Shown: positions 47,042-58,500 of the stretch, piece after piece | Numbering within the stretch: the stretch's first letter is position 1 | How the letters are laid out: each line of letters opens with the position of its first letter | Assembly (NCBI GenBank): GCA_963842525.1 | Contig: CAWJGT010000003.1 | Coordinates: 480,001-544,000 of the forward strand | Source of the DNA: an uncultured Holophagales bacterium | GTDB taxonomy: Bacteria; Acidobacteriota; Thermoanaerobaculia; Multivoradales; UBA5704 | Direction of reading: 5' to 3' | DNA: 64,000 nucleotides | Translations under genes and position numbers: made by a program | Notes under the pieces: model-generated | What the model saw: only the letters and a program-made list of their open reading frames with translations | Told to the model about the DNA's origin: nothing | Databases searched by the model: none

Positions 47042-49534
47042 ATGGAGAAGGTCGTCGAAGGTTTCAAGCTCTCTCCCCAGCAGCTCCATGTATGGGCGCT
47101 GCAACGCGGTGCGCAGAGCAGGCCGTATCGTGCCGCATGCGTGGTCCGGATCGAGGGAGACCTCGATCCGGAGGCTCTCGAACGGGGACTCGCCCGCGTC
47201 GTCGAGCGGCACGAGATCCTGCGCACGACGTTCCAGCAGCTCCCGGGCCTGGAGATCCCGCTGCAGATCCCGGGTGAGCTGGCGTCCGTCGCCGTGCAGC
47301 TTCACGACCTGATCGGCGCAACGCCCGAGGGACAGCAGAGCGGGATCGACGCCCTCCTTGAGGAGATGGGGCGGACCGCGGTCGACCTGGGAACGGGGCC
47401 GCTGCTGCAGGCCTCGCTGGTTCCCTTGGCCGCCGGGAAGCACGCGCTCCTGCTCGATCTGCCTGCGCTCTGCGCCGACGCGGGTGCGCTCGCGAGCCTG
47501 GTTCGCGATCTGGAGATCTCCTACCGCGGCGAACAGGCGGCCGAGCCCATGCAGTACGCCGATATCGCCGGCTGGCAGAACGACCTCCTCGATGCGCGGG
47601 ACGAGGTGGCGCGCAAGTATTGGGCGACCCAGAGCTTCACCTCTTCGCTGGACGCCTCGTTGTTCTGCGAGCGCGCAGAGGATCCGCTGGGGAGCTTCGC
47701 GCCCCGCCGCCTGGACCTGGGCCTGTCTACGGCGCTCGCGAAGGCGGTGGATGAGCTGGCCCGTCGCCTGGAGACCTCGGCCGAGGTGGTTCTGTTGAGC
47801 TGCTGGCACGCCCTGGTGCGGCGTCTTTCCGGGCGCTCCGATGCGGTCCTCGGCGTGGCTTGCGATGGACGCAAGCTCGCGGAGCTCGAAGGGGCGCTCG
47901 GCCTGCTCGCCCGCTATCTCCCGCTGCGTTGCGAGCTGGATGGCCGCGCGACCTTCGAGGAGTCGGTCCGCGAGGTCCAAGGGATGATCAGTGACCTCCG
48001 CGAGTGGCAGGAGCACTTCACGTGGGAGGCGTTCCCGCCGGCGCAGCAGACGCCCCGCTGGTTCCCGCATGCCTTTGAGTACGGGGAGCTGCCAGCGGAT
48101 CGGGAGGGCTCCGGAGTGTCGTTCTTCATGGACCGCTTGAGCGTTTGCACCGAGCGCTTCCGGCTGAAGCTCTCGTGCCTGCGGCGGGACGGCATTCTGT
48201 CGGCCGAGCTCGTCTATGACGGAAGCGTCTACCAGCGGGAGGACGCGCTCCGCCTCGCAGGGTGGTTCCGGACATTGCTCGAGGGGGCAATCCAGCAGCC
48301 GCACGTCCGGGTCTTGGAGCTGGAGATCCTGAGCGCGGCCGAGAGACGCCGCCTGCTCGAGGACCTGAGCGGCCCGCAGGCCGATTGCGGGCCGCTCGCG
48401 ACTCTCACCGCGCTGTTCGAGGAGCAGGTACGCCGGGCTCCCGGTGAGACCGCCGTCGTCTTCCGGGATCTGCGCCTGACCTACGGCGAGCTCGCCGCGC
48501 AGGCCCGCCGGCTCGCCCGGAAGCTGCGCGCCATGGGCGTGGGTCCCGAGGTGCGGGTGGCCCTCTGTGTAGAGAGATCCCTGGACATGATCGTCGGCAT
48601 CCTCGGCATCCTCGAGGCCGGGGGGGCCTGGGTCCCGCTCGATCCCGCCTACCCCGCGGACCGGTTGGCGTTCATGCTGGAGGACGCCCGGGCCTCGGTG
48701 GTGCTGACCCAGGAGCGGCTGCTCGCGGAGCTCTCCCTGCCGGCTGTGAAGGTTCTTTGCCTGGACCGTGACTGGCAGCCCGTCGCCCAGGAGAGCCCGG
48801 AGCCTCGCTCCGGCGGCGCGGGACCTGACAACCTGGCCTATGTGATCTACACCTCCGGCTCGACGGGGAGGCCGAAGGGGGTGATGGTCTCCCACCGGGC
48901 CATCGTCAACCGCCTGCTCTGGATGCAGCGGGAGCTGCCCCTGACAAAAGAGGATCGCGTCCTCCAGAAGACCCCCTACAGCTTCGATGCGTCTATCTGG
49001 GAGATCTTGCTGCCGTTGCTGACGGGAGCCCGCCTCGTGATCGCCGAGCCCGGAGGGCACAAGGACTGCTCCTATCTCCTCGCCGCCGTGGCCGCGCAGG
49101 GCGTGACAATCCTGCAGCTCGTGCCTTCGCTGTTCTCGGTGTTCCTGGCGGAAGAGGGATTGCGCGAGCGTGGGCGCAGCTTGCGGCGGGTCTTCTGTGG
49201 CGGCGAGGCCCTGCCCGCCGAGGCTGTGGAACGTTCCCTCACCCTGCTGGAGGCCGAGCTCTGCAACCTCTACGGCCCGACCGAGGCGGCGATCGATGCG
49301 ACCTTCCTGTCCTGCGGGTCGGAGCGGCGCGAGGGCATCGTGCCGATCGGCCGTCCGCTCGACAACGTCCGGGTCCGCCTCCTGGACGCCAGCCAGCGGC
49401 TCGTGCCCGCGGGTATGCCGGGAGAAGCTCTGCATTGGCGGCACCGGCCTGGCCCGCGGCTATCTCTTCCGGGCGGACCTGACCGCCGAGCGCTTCGTGC
49501 CCGACCCCTGGGCGCCGGGCGAGCGCCTCTATAG
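47042..49534 (+). CDS. NRPS4 segment a: interface-type (non-catalytic C-like) domain and A(Gln); true frame ends at frameshift ~49425
   Basis: EGFKLSPQQ start, RHEILRTTF, HHxxxDG replaced by LPALCAD (47459-47479). A code DAWQFGLIDK, identical to the canonical Gln code of tyrocidine synthetase TycC. Confidence 0.9.
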   Translation: MEKVVEGFKLSPQQLHVWALQRGAQSRPYRAACVVRIEGDLDPEALERGLARVVERHEILRTTFQQLPGLEIPLQIPGELASVAVQLHDLIGATPEGQQSGIDALLEEMGRTAVDLGTGPLLQASLVPLAAGKHALLLDLPALCADAGALASLVRDLEISYRGEQAAEPMQYADIAGWQNDLLDARDEVARKYWATQSFTSSLDASLFCERAEDPLGSFAPRRLDLGLSTALAKAVDELARRLETSAEVVLLSCWHALVRRLSGRSDAVLGVACDGRKLAELEGALGLLARYLPLRCELDGRATFEESVREVQGMISDLREWQEHFTWEAFPPAQQTPRWFPHAFEYGELPADREGSGVSFFMDRLSVCTERFRLKLSCLRRDGILSAELVYDGSVYQREDALRLAGWFRTLLEGAIQQPHVRVLELEILSAAERRRLLEDLSGPQADCGPLATLTALFEEQVRRAPGETAVVFRDLRLTYGELAAQARRLARKLRAMGVGPEVRVALCVERSLDMIVGILGILEAGGAWVPLDPAYPADRLAFMLEDARASVVLTQERLLAELSLPAVKVLCLDRDWQPVAQESPEPRSGGAGPDNLAYVIYTSGSTGRPKGVMVSHRAIVNRLLWMQRELPLTKEDRVLQKTPYSFDASIWEILLPLLTGARLVIAEPGGHKDCSYLLAAVAAQGVTILQLVPSLFSVFLAEEGLRERGRSLRRVFCGGEALPAEAVERSLTLLEAELCNLYGPTEAAIDATFLSCGSERREGIVPIGRPLDNVRVRLLDASQRLVPAGMPGEALHWRHRPGPRLSLPGGPDRRALRARPLGAGRAPL

Positions 49535-52500
49535 GACCGGCGACCTGGCGCGCCTGGGCCCGGACGGCACCCTCGAGTTCCTGGGGCGGATCGACGGCCA
49601 GGTCAAGATCCGGGGCTTCCGGATCGAGCTGGGAGAGATCGAGGCCGTCCTGTCGCGGCACCCGGCGGTGCGGGAGGTTGTGGTCGTGGCGCGGGAGGAC
49701 GCGCCCGGGGACCGGCGCCTGGTGGCCTACGTGGCCTGCCGCCGCGAGGACCAGGCCGGCGCCGGTGAGCTCCGCGCATTCCTGACCCTGACGCTGCCCG
49801 AGTTCATGGTGCCGGCCGCGTTCGTCCTGCTCCCGTCCCTGCCCCGGCTGCCCAACGGCAAGCTGGACCGCCGCGGCCTGCCGGAGCCCGAGCGCGCCCC
49901 GGCCGGCCGGAAAGGGGCCGTGGCGGTTCCCCGCACTCCGGTCGAGGAGCTCATCGCAGGGCTCTGGGCTGAGCTGCTCGGCATGGACGGGATCGGGGTC
50001 GACGACAACTTCTTCGAGCTGGGAGGGCACTCCCTGATGGCGACCCAGCTCACCTCGCGCATCCGCGAGCTGTTCCGGGTCGAGCTCAAGGTGCGGGTCG
50101 TGTTCGAGGCCCCCACCATGGCCGGTCTCGCGGAGAGGATCGCGGCCGCGCAGCGGGACGAGAGAGAGACGCCGGAGGCGCCCTCGATCCAGCCAGTCCC
50201 GCGCGAGGGCTCTCTGCCCCTGTCCTTCGCACAACAACGGCTCTGGGTGCTCGACCAGATCGCTCCGGGCTCGGCAGCCTACAACCTGCCGGTCGCGGTG
50301 CGCCTGGAAGGGCTCCTGAATGCGGCGGCTCTCGCGGCGAGCCTCGCGGAGATCGTGCGACGCCACGAGGCTCTGCGCACCGTCTTTGCCGCTGCGGGAG
50401 GAGAGCCGGTCCAGGTCGTGCGGCCGGCCGATGCGTTCTTCCTGCCCGCGGTCGATCTGTCCGGGCTCGGAGAGCGGGCGGAGGAGGAAGCGCGGAGCTT
50501 GGCACTCGCGGATGCGCACCGGCCGTTCGACCTGGAGCAGGGCCCCCTCTTCCGCCCCACCCTGTTGCACCTCGCTCCCCAGACCCACGTCGCCCTGGCG
50601 ACGATGCACCACACCGTGAGCGACGGCTGGTCGCGAGGAGTGCTGATCCAGGAGCTGACGTCCCTCTACGCCGCCTTCGGCCGGGGTGAAGCTCCATCGT
50701 TACCCGCGCTGCCGGTGCAATACGGCGACTACGCCGTCTGGCAGCGCCGCTGGCTGTCGGGCGATGTCCTGGCCGCGGAGATCGACTACTGGCGGCGCCA
50801 TCTGGCCGGGATGCCGGCCCGGCTCGAGCTGCCGACCGACCACCCGCGGCCGGCTCTGCGGACCGACGCGGGCTCCACGCGGTCGCTGGTGCTCGGGGCG
50901 GAGCTCACGGCCAGCTTGCACGGCCTCGCCCGCGGCGAGGGCGCGACTCTCTTCATGGTCCTCCTGGCAGGGTTCCAGACGCTCCTCTCGCGCTATGCGG
51001 GACAGGAAGACCTCGCCGTGGGCACACCGATCGCCGGCCGCAACCGGATGGAGATCGAGCACCTGATCGGCTTCTTCGTCAACACCCTGGTTCTGCGCGC
51101 GCAGATCCCCGGCTCGTCGAGCCTCCGCGACCTCCTGCGCCGGACCCGGGCGGAGACCCTGGAGGCCTACGCCCATCAGGACGTGCCGTTCGAGAAGCTG
51201 GTGGAGGAGCTGGCGCCGGAGCGCAGCCTCTCCTACTCGCCGCTCTTCCAGGTGCTGTTCTCGCTCCAGAACGCCCCGGTCAGGGCCCTCGAGCTGCCCG
51301 GTCTCTCTCTGACCCCCTTGCGCCTGGAGGGGGCGACGGCCAAGTTCGACCTCACCTTCATTCTGGGCGAGACGGCGCAGGGGCTCGCCGGAGCGCTGGA
51401 GTACAGCACCGACCTGTTCGAGGGCCCGACCGTCGACCGCCTGCTTGCCCACTTCCGGAGCCTGCTCACGGCCATGACGGCCGATCCCGGAGCGCGCCTG
51501 GCGGAGCTTCCGCTGCTGTCCCCCGCGGAGCGGCATCAGATCGTGACCGACTGGAACGACACCCGGGCTCCCTTTGCCGCCGGCGCCTGTCTCCACGACC
51601 TTTTCGAGGCGCAGGTGGCGCAGGCTCCGGGCGCGACGGCGGCGGTCTGCGCGGAGTTGGTGCTCACCTACGCGCAACTGAACGGCAGGGCCAATCAGTT
51701 GGCGCACCACCTGGTGAGCTGCGGAGCGCGGAGGGGATCCCTGGTGGCGATCTACCTCGAACGCTCGCCGGAGATGCTCGTGGCGGTGCTGGGCGTCCTC
51801 AAGGCCGGCGCGGCCTACGTGCCCCTGGATTCGGCCTGGCCGGAGTCGCGCATCGCCTGGATCCTGTCGACGTTGGGAATCCGGCAGATCCTCACGCAGG
51901 GCTCGCGGCTCGCGGCGGTCCAGAGCTTCTGCTCCGAAACGGAGCTCGCGGACGTCGTCTGCCTCGACGAGGTCGCCACGGAGCAGGTCAAGGGGCTCCG
52001 GATCCAGGACCGCTCGCACCTGGACCGGCTCTCTACGGAGAATCCGGACCGGCGGGCCGACGCGGACGACCTCGCCTACGTCATCTTCACCTCGGGGACC
52101 ACGGGGACTCCCAAGGGCGTCATGGTCTGCCACCGGCCCGTGATCAACCTCATCGAGTGGGTCAACCGGTCGTTCGCGGCCGGCCCCTCCGACCGGCTCC
52201 TGTTCCTGACCTCCCTGTGCTTCGACCTCTCCGTGTACGACATCTTCGGCATCCTCGCCGCGGGAGGCAGCGTGCGGGTGGCGACGGGAGCGGAGGTGCG
52301 GGACCCCCGGCAGCTCCTCGACATCCTGCTGCGGGAGCCCATCACCTTCTGGGACTCCGCTCCCGCGGCGCTGCAGCAGTTGGTGCCGTTCCTGCCAGCT
52401 CGCCCGGAGCCCGGCAGCGGTGACCTCCGGCTGGTGTTCCTGAGCGGCGACTGGGCCCCGGTGACCCTGCCCGACCGCATCCGGCAGGCCTTCCCGAAAG

Positions 52501-55500
52501 CCCGGCTCATCAGCCTGGGCGGCGCCACCGAGGCGACGGTCTGGTCCAACTTCCATCCCATCGCCGTGGTGGAGCCGGGCTGGGTGAGCATCCCCTACGG
52601 CCGGCCGATCCAGAACGCCCGCTACCACATCCTGGACTCCGAGCTGGCGCCCGCGCCCGTGGGCGTGCCCGGGGACCTCTACATCGGCGGCGACTGCCTC
52701 TTCTCGGGGTATGCCCAGGAGCCCCGGCTGACCTCCGGGAAGCTGATCCCCGATCCCTTCGGTGAAACGGGAGCGCGGCTCTACAGGACCGGTGACCGCG
52801 CCCGCTACTGGCCGGACGGGACCATGGAGTTCCTCGGCCGCCTGGACCATCAGGTCAAGATCCGCGGCTTCCGCATCGAGCTGGGAGAGATCGAGGCGAC
52901 CCTGGCCCAACATCCGGCGGTGAGCGCGGTGGCCGTCCTGGCACGGGAGGACCGCCCCGGCGACAAGCGCCTGGTCGCGTACGTGGTCGCCAGGCCGGAC
53001 CAGCCGCTGGGAGCCGGAGATCTGCGCGCCTTCCTCCAGGAGGTGCTGCCGGCGTACATGGTCCCGGCGGCATTCGTCTTCCTCTCGTCCCTGCCGGTCA
53101 CTTCCAACGGCAAGCTGGACCGCCGCGCCCTCCCGGCGCCGGAGCTCCAGCGCTCCGCGCCGGAGGCAGCCCCCGTCGCGCCGCGGACACCGGCCGAGGA
53201 AATCCTTGCCGCGGTCTGGATCGAGGTGCTGGGGGTCGACGAGGTCGGAGTGGCCGACAACTTCTTCGAGCTGGGCGGCGACTCCATCCTCAGCATCCAG
53301 GTCGTGTCACGGGCGAGCCGGCGCGGCCTGCGCCTGACCCCCAGGGACATGTTCGAGCACCCGACGATCGAGGGCCTGGCCGCCGTGGCCCGCAGAGGAT
53401 CCGACAGCCGCGACGAGGTGGGCCCGGTGACCGGCCCGGTCCCTCTGACCCCCATTCAACTTTGGTTCTTCGCGCAGCAGCTCCCGCACGCCGAGCACTT
53501 CAACCAAGCCCTGCTGCTCGAGATGCGGGATCCGGACGGGGGTGCGGTGCAGTCCTCCCTTCTGCGCCGTGCAATCCTTCTCCTGCAGGCCCATCACGAT
53601 GCGCTGCGTCTGCGCTTCGAGCCCCCCTCGCCGGAGCGGCCGTTCTGGACGCAGGTGAGCGGCGAGGTGCCCGCGGCGGCCTCCTTCCTGCACATAGACC
53701 TGGCGGCTCTGCCCGCGGAGCTGCGAGCGAAAGCCCTGGAGGCTTGTGCGGCCGAGTTGCAGGAGAGCCTGATCCTTGGCGTGGCTCCTCTGCTGCGGGC
53801 CGCCCTGTTCACGGCGGCTTCCGGGCAGCCCGACCGTCTGCTCCTCATCCTCCATCACCTGGTGGTGGACGGCGTCTCCTGGCGCATCCTGCTCGAGGAC
53901 CTGGAGGCTGCATACCGGCAGCTCGGCCGCGGCGAGGAGGCCGACCTGCCGCCGCGGACAGCGCCGTTCCTGCTCTGGGCGCAGAGGCTCGCGGAGCACG
54001 CGCGCACCCCCGCGGTCCAGGAGGAGGCGAGCTACTGGCAGACCCGGCTTCGAAGGGCGCCGTCACCCCTGCCCGTGGACCTCGACGCCGGCCCGGACGA
54101 CGTGGGCTCGACCCGCAGCGTCGAGGTCTCCCTCGATGCCGAGGGGACGCGCGCCCTGCTCCAGGAGGTGCCGCGAGTCTACCGGACGCGCATCAACGAC
54201 GTCCTCCTGACGGCTCTCGCGGCGGCCTTCGCAGGCTGGACAGGGAGCCGCCGTCTGCTGGTGGACCTCGAAGGGCACGGCCGGGAGGAGCTCTTCGAGA
54301 ACCTGGACATCTCGCGCACGGTGGGGTGGTTCACGACCCTGTTCCCGGTGCTCCTCGACTTGGACGGGGCGGCGGAGCCGGGCCAGGCCTTGAAGTCGAT
54401 CAAGGAGCAGTTGCGCGCGGTTCCTGACGGCGGGATCGGCTTCGGGCTCCTCGCGCGGGAGCCGGACGCGTTGCCGCGGGCGCAGGTGGTGTTCAACTAC
54501 CTGGGACAGCTCGACCAGGCCGTGGCCGCGGACCGGCTCTTCCGGCCGACTCGCGAGAGGAGCGGGGCCACGCGCCACCCCGCGCAGCCGCGGTCCCACC
54601 TTTTGGAGATCGGCGGCAGCGTGAGCGGCGGCAGGCTGTGCATGGTCTGGGGCTACAGCGGGAACCGGCACCTGCGCTCGACGATCGAGGAGCTGGCCCG
54701 GGGGTTCCTGGGCGCACTGCGGGCCCAGATCGCACACTGCCTCGCCGCCATCGAGAGGGGCGAGCTCGGCTCCACGCCGTCGGATTTCCCGCTGGCCGGC
54801 ATTGACGCGGCGGGTCTCGACCGCATCGCCGCGGCGGCGGGCGGATCGATCGAGGACCTCTATCCCGCGTCGCCGGTCCAGGAGGGGATGCTCTTCCACA
54901 GCCTCCATGCCCCGGAGTCGGGGGTCTACCTGGAGCAATTGAGCCTCGCTCTCGGCGGCGACCTGCACGTGGCGGCCTTCGAGCGCGCCTGGGAGCTCCT
55001 GGTCCAGCGCCATCCGATCCTCCGGACCGCGTTCCACTGGCAGGGCCTGGACCGGCCTCTCCAAGTGGCCGTGCCCCGGGTGCCGCTGGCCTGGGACCGG
55101 CGGGACTGGCGGGGGCTCCCGGCCGAGGAGCAGCGGGGCCGGCTGGCGTCCTTCCTGGAGGAGGACCGCCGCCGCGGGTTCGATCTCGCCTCGCCGCCCC
55201 TCCTGCGGCTGGCGCTGATCCGGCTGAGCAACGACGCCTACCGGTTCGTCTGGAGCCATCACCACATCCTCCTGGACGGCTGGTCGCTGCCGATCCTCCT
55301 GCGCGACCTCTTCGCCTTCTACCAGGCCTCTCTCCGCGGCGAGGAGGCCCGCCTCGGGCACGCCCGCCCCTATCGGGACTACATCGCCTGGCTGGAGCGC
55401 CAGGACCTCGGCGAGGCGGCGGGCTTCTGGCGGCGGACGCTCCAGGGGTTCGCGGCCCCCACACCCCTGGGCGGCGAGCGCATCGCCGGCCCGCCGGACT

Positions 55501-58500
55501 GGGCGCACCAGGGGACGCACCAGACCGCGCTGCCGTCCGCCGCCACCGAGGCGCTGCGGGCGTTCGCCCGCCAGCACCAGGTGACGCTCAACAGTCTGGT
55601 GCAGGGAGCCTGGGCTCTGCTCCTGGGCCGCTACAGCGGCGAGACGGACGTGGTCTTCGGCGCCGTCACCTCGGGCCGTTCGGTCCCGCTCGACGGTATC
55701 GAGGGCATCGTCGGGCTCTTCATCAACACGCTGCCGGCCCGCATCGGGGTAGCTCCGGAGGCGGAGCTCCTGCCCTGGTTGCGGGAGATCCAGGACCGCC
55801 AGGCCGAGCTGCGCCAGTACGAGTTCAGCCCTCTGTCCCAGGTCCAGGGCTGGAGCGAGGTCCCGCGCGGGCTGCCGCTCTTCGAGAGCATCCTGGCCTT
55901 CGAAAACTATCCGGTGGACCAGTCGGTCCACGAGCAGGCCGGGCGGGGGCTGCGGATCTCCGAGGCCGAGGGCAGGGAGCAGACCAACTACCCGCTCACC
56001 CTGGTGGCGGGGCCCGGCTCGCGCCTGGGCCTGCGCGTGCTCCATGACGCCCGCCGGTTCGACGCCCCCTACATCGGGAGGATGCTGCGCCACCTGGAGA
56101 ACCTGCTCACCAGCATGGCGAACGATGCCGCTCCACGGCTCGGCGCGCTGGCGATGCTGGCCGGGAGCGAGCGGCATCAACTGGTCGTGGACTGGAACGA
56201 CACGGCAGTCCGGTATCCAGGCACGGAGCTCCTCCATCACCGCATCCAGGCCCAGACGGCCCGCACCCCGGACGCCGTGGCGGTGAACTGTGAAGGGGCA
56301 TCACTCAGCTATTCCGCCCTCGTGACCCGTGCCCGCCGGCTCGCCGGCCACCTGCGGCGGCTCGGGGTGGGCGCGGACGTGCCGGTGGGGATCTGCATGG
56401 GGCGCTCGCTCGACATGGTGGTCGGATTGCTGGCCATCCTCGAGGCCGGCGGGGCCTACGTCCCCCTCGACCCGTCCTACCCTGCCGAGCGCCTCGCGTT
56501 CATGCTGGAGGACGCCCTGGCAGCGGGTGCGCCCGTGCTCGCCCAGAGCCACGCCGCGGAGCGCATCGAGCCTCTCCTCCCGCCGGGCGTGCGCCTCGTC
56601 CTCCCGGAGGCGGGAGAGGCCACGATCGGTCTGCCGGAAGAGCCGGAAGCCCTCTCTCCCGACCATCTGGCCTACGTCATCTACACCTCGGGCTCTACGG
56701 GTAAGCCCAAGGGGGCGATGAACACGCACCGGGCGATCGTCAACCGCCTGCTCTGGATGCAGGAGACCTACCGGCTCACGGCGTCGGACGCGGTCCTGCA
56801 GAAGACCCCGATGAGCTTCGACGTGTCGGTCTGGGAATTCTTCTGGCCCCTGATGGTGGGCGCCCGGCTGGTCCTGGCGCGTCCCGAGGGGCACAAGGAC
56901 CCCTCCTATCTGGCCGGCCTCATCGAGGAGCAGGAGGTCACGACCCTGCACTTCGTCCCCTCCCTGCTGCAGATCTTCCTTACGGAGGAGGGGCCGGAGA
57001 GGTGCCGCTCCCTGCGCCGGGTGATCGCGAGCGGCGAGGCGCTCCCCGGCGAGCTGCGGCGGCGCTTCTTCGACCGCCTGCGGCCCGTCGAGCTGCACAA
57101 CCTCTACGGCCCCACCGAGGCTGCAGTGGACGTAACCTTCCATGCCTGCAACCCTGGCGAGAACGGCCCCACCGTGCCCATCGGCCGGCCGGTCGCCAAC
57201 GCCGGCATCCACCTGTTGGATCGGGACCTGCAGCCGGTGCCCATCGGCGTGGCAGGTGAGCTGCACATCGCCGGCGTCGCCCTGGGACGCGGCTATCTGG
57301 GCCGGCCGGGGCTCACGGCGGAGAGGTTCGTGCCGGATCCGTTCGCGGCGCATCCCGGTGATCGCCTGTACCGGACCGGCGACCTGGCTCGCCGCCGGCC
57401 GGACGGAGAGGTCGAATACCTCGGCCGCGTCGACCATCAGGTCAAGATCCGCGGTGTGCGGATCGAGCTGGGGGAGATCGAGGCGCTGCTCGCCCGGCAC
57501 CCCGGTGTCCGCGAAGCAGTGGTGCTGGCCCGGGAGGACCAGCCCGGCGAGCCGCGGCTGGCCGCGTACGTCGTCCCGCGAGGCGAGGGGGCCGCTCCCG
57601 AGGATCTGCGGCGCTTCCTGGGGGCTCACCTGCCGGAGGCCATGATCCCGGCGTCCGTAACCTTCCTGGAGGCGCTGCGACTGCTGCCGAACGGCAAGGT
57701 GGACCGCAAGGCCTTGCCCGCCCCCGAGAGAGCAGCTCCCGCGGGCTTCCAGGCGCCGCGGACGCCGGTCGAAGAGATGCTGGCAGGGATCTTCTGCGAG
57801 CTCCTGCGGGTGGAGCGGGTCGGGGCGGAGGATGGCTTCTTCGAGCTGGGCGGGCACTCGCTGCTGGCCATGCAGCTCGTCTCCCGGATCCGCGGCGCCT
57901 TCGACGTCGAGGTGCCGGTACGGGTGGTCTTCGACGCTCCTGCGGTCCGCGACCTGGCCGACCGGGTGGAGCAGGCCATGCGGGCGGCGGAGGGCGGCCT
58001 GCTGCCGGCCATTGCGCCGCAGGTCCGGGGAGGGGAGGCGCCCTTGTCTTTCGCGCAGCAACGGCTCTGGTTCCTCGACCAGCTCGATGCCGGCAGCGCC
58101 GCCTACAACCTCCCGCTGGTGCTGCGGCTGGAAGGAGCTCTCGACGCCGCGGCGCTCGCGGCCTCTTTCCAGGAGATCGCACGCCGCCATGACACCCTGC
58201 GGACTACGTTCATCCTGGCCGGTGGAGAGGTGGTCCAGAGCATCGCGCCCCAGGGCCCATTTCCGCTGCCGGCGGTTGACCTGAGCGGTCTGGCCGGCCC
58301 GCGGCGTGGATTCGAGGCACGGCGCCTCGTCCGGGAGGAGCTGCGGCGCCCCTTCGATCTCTGGCGCGGTCCGCTGCTGCGCGCCGCGTTGCTCGCGCTG
58401 GCGGCCGAGGACCATCTCGTCCTGCTCAACATGCATCACATCAGCAGCGACGGCTGGTCGATGGGGGTGCTGGTACGGGAGCTGGGGGCCCTGTACGGCG

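Larger units (their letters stand above)
36572..47063 (+). repeat. Tandem gene duplication, copy 2
   Basis: Matches 26068-36550 except 42140-45036. Confidence 0.9.
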
